Shown: piece by piece, positions 20,071 through 29,400 of the stretch
Layout: every line of letters begins with the position of its first letter
Position numbering within the stretch: position 1 is the stretch's first letter
NCBI GenBank assembly: GCA_000708835.1
Contig: DF237740.1
Location: 1-32,529, forward strand
Length of the DNA: 32,529 nt
Origin: Klebsormidium nitens
Lineage: Eukaryota > Plantae > Klebsormidiophyceae
Direction of reading: 5' to 3'
Notes under the pieces: model-generated
What the model was told of the DNA's origin: nothing
What the model saw: the letters and a program-made list of their open reading frames with translations, nothing else
Databases searched by the model: none
Translations under genes and position numbers: made by a program

Positions 20071-23000
20071 ATGGCATCAGCGTCGCCCCTGGTTCAGTCC
20101 ACCTGGGCTCGTTTAACACCAGCTCCCGCTCCTGCCTGGCGAGATGGGCTTCAGTCCGGCAGAGTGTCAAGCAGCCCGGAGCCGGAGGCTGTGGCTGTTT
20201 CCAGGGGCGCAAGGATTGGCGTCACATGCGTCAACTCGACACCCTCAACGTCTGGAAGCTCCCTTGACTCGAAGCGGCCTCATCGGGTCAGGCGCTTCTT
20301 GGAGCCTGCTTTGCAGCCAAAGCAGGGAGGCGATCGTCATTTAGAAAGCAGCCCCCGGGTTGTGCGAACGCGCGTTTCTGTCAGGGAGGCTGCGATTGAA
20401 CCCCCGTCTTTGGAGGCCGCCGCGGCAGCTCTAGAAGTTGCCTATCGGGAACCCTCTTTTGGGCTCGACGATGTGTTGGCGCTGAGCGACGAGTTGGAAG
20501 TTGTGGGTCCTCCTCCGGATTGGAGTTTAAGCCTTGAAAACAATGCCCAAAGCCCTGTGATCCTGGCCAGGGGTCGCGGCGGCGTTGCTCTAGATAGCGT
20601 GCGGCAGGGGTTGGACGATGTGTTTGAGATGAGCGGGGATCTGGACATTCTTGGACCGTCGCCGGACGACACGTCAAGCTTTGCGGTGATCGATCAGGGG
20701 GCGGGTGCGGGTCGGGGCCTCCAGTGGCCGCAGATTGCGGAGACTGTTGTTTCAGCTGTTGGAGACTTTGCGGAAGATGTGTTTGATAGCGATCTTGCAT
20801 TAGAAAGGGCTCTGGATCTGGAGTCGCGTGTTGTAGAGACGGAGACGGGAGCGAGGGAAGCATCGGGTGCCAGCTCTAGTTTAGAATCTATGGAAGTTAA
20901 TGGAAGTAGGATAAATACAGGGGTGGAATTGTCGCGGAAAGAAGAGAGTGCTTTGGGGGGCAGTGAAAACGCGGGTGGGCTATCCGGTGAGGGTTTGTGC
21001 ACCCTAACCAGCAACAGTCTGCGAAACTTAGCTACGGCGCCGGTGCTTCGAAAGCTAGCTTCCAAGGCGGTGAGCCTCGTTGCTCCAAAGACGATCAAAG
21101 CTAGAGTCAAGCGGGGGGACAAGAAAGTTGTTCGCCGACGGTTGGGGGGCGCTGAAAGCTCTGTAAATCCACCCCCCATTAGAATCCCTAGGGCCGCAGC
21201 GGTGTCTGCCGATGGGCTGATTGACGCATCAGCATTGAAGGCGATCTACGAGGAGGGTGTCACGAACATTGGGAGTCGAGCTGGGGGGGCGAGTCGGCGG
21301 GGGGCCGATGGCATGTCGTTTGTCAACGAGTGGAACCTGTTGACGGCGGAGGAGGAGAAGAAGCTGGCGCTTGTCATCCAGAGGAGCAAGGTGAGGGTGT
21401 GAGTATTTACTGGGGCGCTGTAGGTTGGAGCTGATCGGGCACATGTTGTGCTTTGAATCATATGGCAGGGTTGATTGCCTGTATTGTCCCCCATCTCTAA
21501 GGGGGGTCATGACACTAGCCTCCCCAGCTTGTCTTCCTATCGGGCCTATCTTTGATCGTTTAGTTGAACATTGCATATATGACATAAAGATCTCTCATGG
21601 ACATCTGTCAATTGTTTGGCTCTGAATTGTCATTTCACTAGGGCATGTCTGTCCTTTGAAGTTTTTTTCATTTTCGCTCATTCCGGGCCAGGCCAAAATT
21701 TCTGGTCAACGGCACTTCTGCCTTACGAGCTACTCAGGGACTTCTGCCTTACAAGCTAGTCAGGGAGAGGTGTACTCAACGAGTAATTCTGTGGCACAGG
21801 CCTTGACGACCCTGAAAGAAGGTTTAGAAGCGAGCACGGGCGTCCCTGCATCAGAGGAGCAGTGGGCCAAGGCAGCGGGCGTGTCAGTGAATGCACTGGG
21901 GCGGCAGATTGCGGCAGGAAAGGAGGCCAGGCAACGGCTAGTGGAGGTAAGATTCCAGGTCGCTTCTTGTTGAAGAAATTTGATTGGCGTGTGGATTCGA
22001 CGTCTCGAGTTGGAGGTGTGCTGGTTGTTTGAAACCCGTGTGGTGTCACTTTGTGGTGTCGGCTCATCTTTCAAGTGGTCCAATTCTACATTGCCCACGT
22101 TTGAAAGGTCTGAGTCGTTCCAGTGGGGATGTTGGTCTTATGAGAAGCAGATTTCGTATCCAAAGCTTTGCTTCCAGTTGTCGTTTCTCCTCCTAGCATC
22201 ATGCTTAGCATCATTCTTTGCGCTTTTATTAAAGCCACAATATGAAGCAATCCGTCAACGGCATAATGCATACTCCTCAACCGTCATATGTACTCTTTGT
22301 CTTCTCCCGAAGTCTTAACGAACCTTCGCTTCGACCCAACCTGACGCTCCTTTTCAAACCTCGTTTTGCAGTGCAACCTGCGCCTAGTCATGTTCGCCGC
22401 AAACAGCATGAAGCACTACCCCAACGCGCTCCCGACCGAGGACCTCTTTCTCGCTGGCATCCAAGGGTTGCTCATCGCCGCAGACCGGTTCGATCCTGCG
22501 CTCGGAAACCGCTTCTCGACGTATGCTCTTCCGGCCGTCCGCTCGTACCTGCACCGTGCGATCCAGCGCTCTGGCGTCCTCATTTGCGCCCCCGTCAAGC
22601 GCACCACGGTGAGACGTTTTGCTGACGTCATTGCTCCCGTTTCTGATGTAAATAGCGTATCTGGCCTGCAGAGTTATTTCGCCGTGGTAGGCCGGTTCCC
22701 ATCTTGGAAGACATTGTCAAGATCTTCGTCTACATTTCTTTCTCTCGCTAACCTGACCGTCCTTTTGCTAACCTGACCGTCCTTTTGCTAACCTGACCGT
22801 TCTCTGGCTGACCTGACCTCTCGCTAACCTGACCAGTCATTTTCTTGCAGGGTTTGGTTAACCTTGACAAGGTGCGCCGGGAGCTCTCCGCCAAGCTCGG
22901 CCGTCTCCCCACACTAGACGAAATTGCCAAGTACAAAAACGTGGGCGTCGATCTGATAAAGGACGTCCTGAAGTGGCACCGTGGAATGGACGTCACCTTC

Positions 23001-23832
23001 AACGACTTTTCGGACGGCTGGGAAGAGTTCGCGAACGGCGCGCTGTCCGGCGCGCTGTCCGAAACGCCGGACGGGTTCCTCGCGATGGACGAGGAGTACT
23101 TGAAATCGGACCTGGAGCAGTGCATATCGACCCTGCCCACTAAGGTGAGGATTTGAAGAAGAAATCGTTCTGGTCTATACTTGGCTGTCAATTCCGTATG
23201 GCTCGGTCTGTTTCTTGGATAACTCGGACGGGCTAGTTTGAATCGGACGGGGCTGGTTAAAGCGCTCATGGGAACGGTTTGTCCAGCTTCCGGCGAAGAT
23301 AGAATAGGATCTCGAGTTGAATCTCAGTGAGTGCGGACGATCGCTGCCGCCCTTGCCTCGGTCTTTTGGAAGAATTGGACGATTTCGAGAAGCATTGCGT
23401 ACTTCATGCAAGCTTTCTGTTCGACTTTGAGTCCCTTCGCGAAGAGCGCCAATGGTTTCGGAGTGTTCGTGTCGAACACCATTTTTCTTGCCTTAGAGTG
23501 CAAATCTGCCTAAGGTGCAAATTTCAGATATGGCGGCGTCAATCTGCACGACAGCGTCGTGGATTTCGACCATGCTTTCCTCATGGTCATGCAAGATCTG
23601 GGAGCTAAACTCAGCCGTTTCTTTCCTATAGGAGGGCGAGGTTTTGCGGCGGCGGTACGGCCTAGCGGGTCACCAGCCGGCGACGCTTCGCCAGATCGGA
23701 GATGCGCTCGGGCTGTCATACGAGATGGTCCGGCGGTACGAGGCACGTGCCCTGGTGCTCATGCGCAAGGCGCAGCGCATGGAGCGCCTCTCACAGTACC
23801 GCCCAATGCTCGGCACCGCCGCAGGGGTTTAG
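20071..23832 (+). CDS. SIG5: Nuclear-encoded plastid RNA polymerase sigma-70 family factor, SIG5/SigE-like, 5 exons, 732 aa
   Basis: Exons 20071-21390, 21800-21946, 22372-22608, 22851-23144, 23632-23832; all phase 0, GT-AG, 2199 nt. Region 1.2 LLTAEEEKKLA; region 2 CNLRLVMF...DLFLAGIQGLLIAADRFDP..RFSTY; region 3 LGRLPTLDEI; region 4 VLRRRYGL...TLRQIGDALGLSYEMVRRYE. NLRLVMF, LGRLPT and S.EMVR resemble land-plant SIG5 as recalled. The sigma family call is secure; the SIG5 subfamily call is moderate. Confidence 0.88.
22747..22835 (+). repeat. Intronic ~20-bp minisatellite (5 copies) containing a branch-point-like motif
   Basis: gctaacctgaccgtcctttt x2, then gctaacctgaccgttctctg, gctgacctgacctctc and gctaacctgacca, ending ~15 nt before the acceptor at 22850. 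Confidence 0.9.
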
Positions 23833-25313
23833 CGTAACCCAAGCCGCTAACCGGGGTGTCTGCCGGGCTTAGGTTGTGATCCGAGCCGTTTTGACGGATT
23901 GGATTGATTGATTTGTGGGGGTGTCCACAAAGCACGGCGCTTGGGGCGCTTTAGTGGTTGGTGTTCAATTTGAGAGGAATAACCCGTACCGGGTTAAGCC
24001 GCTTGGTTAGCTACCCATCTCCACGACCGTTAGGTAGTGGGTTTCTTGAATACGGAAGAGACTACTGGTTAACGTGGGGGTAGCGTTTGGATTCTTAGCT
24101 TGTACACTTGTAGTTTTTGAACGGTCATAGGGATCCACGCTAATAGCAATCCACGTTGCAAAACCGTATACGTTGCAAAGCGTTGGGCCGTCAGCCTCTA
24201 GGGCGGGCTTATTTGGCCGCAGAAACTTGACTCGACCTGCTATAAGGTTCATGAACAGATACGAAGGTAACATGCTTGATCTTCGATTGAATGCTGACCC
24301 CTCCGAAGCTTGCGCGCGATCGAATGATTGGAACGATGATAATTCCACGGACAAGGGCGCGATTCACACATCCAGTGGAAAGATTAGTAAGATTGACATC
24401 TAGTGCTTATGCTTGCACAAAAGATGAGTTCCGGCGCAGCATGCCAGGTATTCGTCAGAGTACTAGTCACGGTATATGCTAGTTCTGCTTTAACCCTCGG
24501 GTTATATCATTGAGTCAGGATATCCATATGAGTCGCGGGGTGTGTGAAGCGGCCCTATCCAATCGTTCGCGTCAGATCAGGTCCCATCATGCGTACTACG
24601 TCAAAGATTCCATGTACGATGGTCTCAGTTGCGACCATTCTGCAGCATGTACGTGTATACATGCAATTGCATGCATGAGCATCTTTGTACGTAGCTTTAA
24701 TTAATCCTGGCACGTACTTGTCAATGCAATACCACGTTGATTGAAAAGTTCTATATAGTTGGATTCTGAACCGGCAATATACTGGCATGACAGCATCCTA
24801 CATGCCAGTGCGCTGGTGTGTAGTATTATGGGACTTCACAGTCCGGCTAGGCAGTCCCGCTACAGGCAGCCGCCATGCGCCGGTTGCGCCAACCGGTCAA
24901 GTTGACCATGATGCGCAGGCCCTGGCCGCGCCGCGCGGCGATCAATGGCATGGTAAAACGCATGCAATTGCCAGCTTGCATTTGCATAGGCACAGGAGTG
25001 GTCTTAACGAATCCTCATTGTCTACAATAGCTGCCATCCATGATGTGAATCGAGACTCGACAATTACCATATAGAGTTGACATGACAACATCCCGCATTT
25101 TGCATGATCGACCTGCCATGGGTGGCCCATCAATCAAAAAACGCTCAAGGTTGTGATGCACATCCAAATGGTCGTCCAAGCCAGCCCGGCTCAGTACATC
25201 CCGGATTGACTCCCGAGTTCCGCAAAAGGCAAGACTTCACATCCCGTCTACTGTAAACAACATTGGCTGGATCAGTGTACTCCCATGGGCATCCTTATAA
25301 GACACCCATGCAT

Positions 25314-26390
25314 CTAGTGCCCTGACTGCGACGCCACATCATCCCGCGTGTCCAACGACGAGCTGCGCTCCCGACCGTCCGAATCCGTCCGCCTGCCCGT
25401 CGGCGCGAGCGAGCTACCCCGGTACACCGCCCCCAACCGCCCCGGGCTGTAACTCTGCACGCTCAGCGGCGAACCAAAACCCGCGAGCGGGTCAACGCTA
25501 ACCCCGCGTTCCATGCTAACCGCGCGGCTTGACCCGGGGCTCAGGCACGGAGATGGGCTCTTGGCCCTGCTGGCGAATGACGGGCTGCCAAGTGGCAAGC
25601 CGGTAGGGGTCGAGGGAAAATCCTCTGGGGGGAGCGCTTCCCGGTCCGAGGTTAGGGGTAACGGAAGGGTTGGGGTTACGGTCTCCTTAACCGGGCCCGG
25701 TTGAGGAGCGGTTTCCGGGACGGTTAGCGGTGGAACTGGGGGGGTAACTCTTGAATGCAATGCTGCCTCGACTTGGGGCAGATTGAGCTCGTCGGAGTCG
25801 GACGGCTGTCGTGCGGACCGTTCAGGGGGCTCTTCTTCGAAGACTCCCTCACCCCCCTTTTCCAGCGCCGCTTCTTCCTGCGCCCCTGTCTCTTCACCGG
25901 CGCCTCTCTCCCCTTCGCTCAGCCCTGTCTCCGCTATTTCTGAATCTCCGGCATGCGTCCCCACAGCTCCATCCCGTTCGGCAGCGGTCATCTCTCCTTG
26001 GGCCCCCTCCGCTTCTGCGGCATCCGACCCCCGAAGCTCCAGCGCTCCCCCTCCCTTGAGATCTGCTGGTGCAGCTTTCACTCCATCATCCACACCAGAA
26101 TTACTCGCTGGCCCACTCGTTCCGGAGGGTTGGTCGGTTTCGGCAAGGTTCTCCGTTCCTGCGGCGGGAATCTCCATTCCGGCGTCGTCTTCAGCCTCTA
26201 ATTCGATTCCAACCAATCCCTCCTCTTGCACCCCCTCACTGCCCCCCACCCCCTGAGCCGCCAAACCCCGATCCCCTTCCCCCTCCCCAGCAGGCGTTCC
26301 CTCCACTTTCCCCCCCTCAGCAACCGCCTCACCGCTAGGGGCTGCCAGAGCCCCGTCTCGCGGCCCCTCATCTCGAAGATTCTCTGACAC
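25314..26390 (-). CDS. Acidic/Pro-Ser-rich low-complexity ORF, probable C-terminal part of the bromodomain protein beyond the assembly gap
   Basis: Open for ~358 codons, with the same composition and a shared repeat (GVSENLRD) as the preceding exon; ends QSGH*. Its join to the upstream exon is obscured by Ns. Confidence 0.55.
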   Translation of the reverse strand: MSENLRDEGPRDGALAAPSGEAVAEGGKVEGTPAGEGEGDRGLAAQGVGGSEGVQEEGLVGIELEAEDDAGMEIPAAGTENLAETDQPSGTSGPASNSGVDDGVKAAPADLKGGGALELRGSDAAEAEGAQGEMTAAERDGAVGTHAGDSEIAETGLSEGERGAGEETGAQEEAALEKGGEGVFEEEPPERSARQPSDSDELNLPQVEAALHSRVTPPVPPLTVPETAPQPGPVKETVTPTLPLPLTSDREALPPEDFPSTPTGLPLGSPSFASRAKSPSPCLSPGSSRAVSMERGVSVDPLAGFGSPLSVQSYSPGRLGAVYRGSSLAPTGRRTDSDGRERSSSLDTRDDVASQSGH

Positions 26391-26433
26391 CCCCCTTATA
26401 GCAACGTACTTCGTTCCTTAGGGCTCGCCGACG

Positions 26434-26453
26434 NNNNNNNNNNNNNNNNNNNN
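26434..26453. other. Assembly gap (20 N)
   Basis: Run of n characters. Confidence 1.
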
Positions 26454-26475
26454 CCTCCAGCAACCGCCTCACCGC

Positions 26476-29400
26476 CTACGGGGCCGTGCCACGAGACCCG
26501 TCCTCCGTCGGCCCTCCACTCTCCGAACGACTTCTCTCGACACCCCCCCGGCCCGTCTCCCTCTCAGCATCCGCTCCAGCGCCAGGGGCTCCTGGCGCCC
26601 CTGCCCGCACCCCCCCATCTCGGAGATTCTCAGACACCCCTCCAGCCGACTCTTTTTCGTCCAGAGCACGTTCCTGGTTTCCTACCGAGGGCGCTTCTTC
26701 CAACGGGGTGGACTCTTCTGCTTCCCTGGGGGCGGGTGGTGATACCGTCTCCGGGCGAAACTCCGGCCCGTGCAAACCAGGAGAAGCCCTTGGACCGTCT
26801 AAGCGAGCAGGCGCCCGTTGCTCGGTTGGCGTGTCAGCAGACCCAACGGAAGGGAGAACCGTTTCCGCCCGCTCGTTCCAGTCTTCCGTCAATTCATCCG
26901 GCATCTGGTCTTCCGAACGTCTCTCAGCCCCTTCTTTTCCGGGAACTGGGTCCCCCTCCCTTTCTTCCTCAACCCGGGACAACGGACCTTCCTCATCAGA
27001 ACGAAAAGACCCGTTCTGAATGTTTCCGATGCCAGCTTCTCCCGCTTTCTGCGTCCAAAGGAGCTCAGCAGACGTTGCACCCCCCCCTTGAGGGGATCCC
27101 CGGAAGTCGGCCGGTGTCAAGAACGGCAAGACGCTGTAAGACTCCGACGGCCCTATCGCACTCGGAGGCTTTTCTGACACACTCGGACCCACAGACGCCG
27201 CTTGCTCCGCACCTGCTGACGACGCCCCGGCGCCGCTGACGCCATCCGCTCCCACCGGCGCAACGCCATGCACGGGCGCTTCTGGGGGCATGCCCTCCGG
27301 AACCGCCGCGACCGCACTCTCCGGTATTGGTTCCCGCTTCTCCTCAGCTCTTGGCCCTTCAAGCGATCCGTGGGCTGCTGACGTGGCGGTTCCTGGTTGG
27401 CCGCCTGCTGACGTGGCAGCTCCAATTTGGCCGCCTGCTGACTTGGCGGGTTCTGGTTGGCCGCTCGCCGACGTGACCCCTTCGAGTTGAGCGCCTGCTG
27501 ACGTCCCCATGCCGAACCCGTCCCTCTCAGAAACTTTTGCCTGCTGGTTCGTACCCGCATCAGCAGTCCATGCGGTAGATTCCGTTCGCGCCCCTTCCCG
27601 CATTTCCGTATCCAAACCCGCGCTTTCTTTCTTGCCAGCAGAGCTTGGTCGGGACCCAGGCGCCGAGGGGGGGCGTCCGTACGGGGTCGGGCTTGCCCCC
27701 CGTTGCGGTCCGCCAAACAGTAGCCCAATTGGCTTATCCTCTGCGTCGTGATCGTCGCCCTCAGAAGGGGTGATCGCAAGGTTTGTTCGACTCCCCACCA
27801 GAGAGATCTTTATCGCTGGGGGCCCATTTGCGGTGACCGGTGTGAACGGGGACGCTAAGCTGAGAGGCGGCCCTGTTTTCAGGACTGGTGCAGGGCTCGC
27901 ACTGGTCTCCGACTTCGCAACCGCCGACGCGGCCCCCAGCAGGGCCTCCGGTTTCGCCCCTGCCGCAGGGAGAATCCCGGGCCCTGTTTTTGCGGCCGTT
28001 GCTGTCCGGGGAACAATTACTTCAGGGGGCTTGGGCTGGCCTCCGCTGGGCTTCTCTTCCTCCCCCACCCAACCCCGGCCGAACTTGACCCCCGGGGGGA
28101 GGATTTTCTGCACTTTGGCGACCACTTTAGCCCACACCGGGTCTGGCAAGTTGGCCGCAAAACGGCAGAGGCTGCGCGCGTACGCGTAGGGGGGGTGCCA
28201 TCCGGTCTGCAATGAGGAAGTAAAGACCAGCCTTAGCATCGGCATGCTTTGGGGAAGTGCGGGAAAAAAGGTAGCTATCTTGTTGTGGGGTTGTAGATAG
28301 CTTGCTACACGGTCTGCATGCAGTGAGCACTTTCTTGAAACGAGAGTGAAGCTTTCGTCTTCAACCAGTGATAAGCGTAAGATGGGTCCACGATAAATAC
28401 AAGCAGGAGAGACTCATTACGCAGTGTACGGACAAACGTTGCACCCGACGTGACGGTGAAAGACCTCTGATTCGACATCCGTTACAATTATCTTACTCCA
28501 GAAATGACTTCAAACGCTCAGTTTCTGGCAGAGCTGCTTCCGTTCCTCAGAGCGTTGGAGCCAGCACAAAAACGTCTTCAGATCCACTCACCGGAACGAG
28601 AACGTGCGACTCCCCCCCCGGAGCGCTCGGCTTCGGCCCGTGGCCCAACATCGGGAGCTCCCGCGCGCGGTAGCTGCTCCGCTTGTACTCTGCCGAGGCG
28701 AGCGGTAGGCGCCCGTCTTTCGGGCCCCAGAACTCCTTAGTCTTGCGGTAGCCTGCAACGGAGCGCGGATGACGTCAGCATCTGGCTTTTATACTTATGC
28801 ATGCCTTTATCTTAGTACCGAAGCTCATTGAGAATCTTTCGAAGAAACGTCATGAGGCATGTTGGGACGACAAAGCTCACGAAGTCCTCGCAAGCAAGGA
28901 GAACCCACCCCCACCAAGCAGCTGGAACGTTCTTCCTTTCCAGCCATGGCTGCTCCGTTCACCTTTATAGAATCAAACAGCTGTGATTCTGAGCCACTTT
29001 CAGGATATCTGATAAGGTGATTCTAGCCGTGAATTACCACAGACATCCCACCTTCCTCCCCGACCAGGCCAACAAACATACAGGCTTCCGGACAGGAACA
29101 AAACAAAGAACCTCTGCCACGCACCTGGCACGTCCTCCCCAGCCTTTACATCCGACGTTGCTGCTCCAAATCATAAACCATAACCAAACAGCCCACGATC
29201 CGGCCGTTCCCTGCAAAGTACACGTACACATTTTCCACAAATCAAACAAATATCCCCCCAACGCACCTGGCACGTCTTCCCCATCGTTCGCGTCCGACCA
29301 CGCCTGCTTCCCATCGTCCCCCCCCTTGCCACCCGCGTACTTGCCCCCCCCCTGCTTGCCCCCAAGCTTCGCCAACTCGTCAATGCTCAGCCCCTTTTGG

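Noticed and set aside
20071-23832. Bacterial contamination or recent horizontal transfer of a sigma factor
   Set aside because: Four spliceosomal introns, a transit-peptide-like N-terminus and eukaryotic neighbours fit a normal nuclear-encoded plastid sigma factor.
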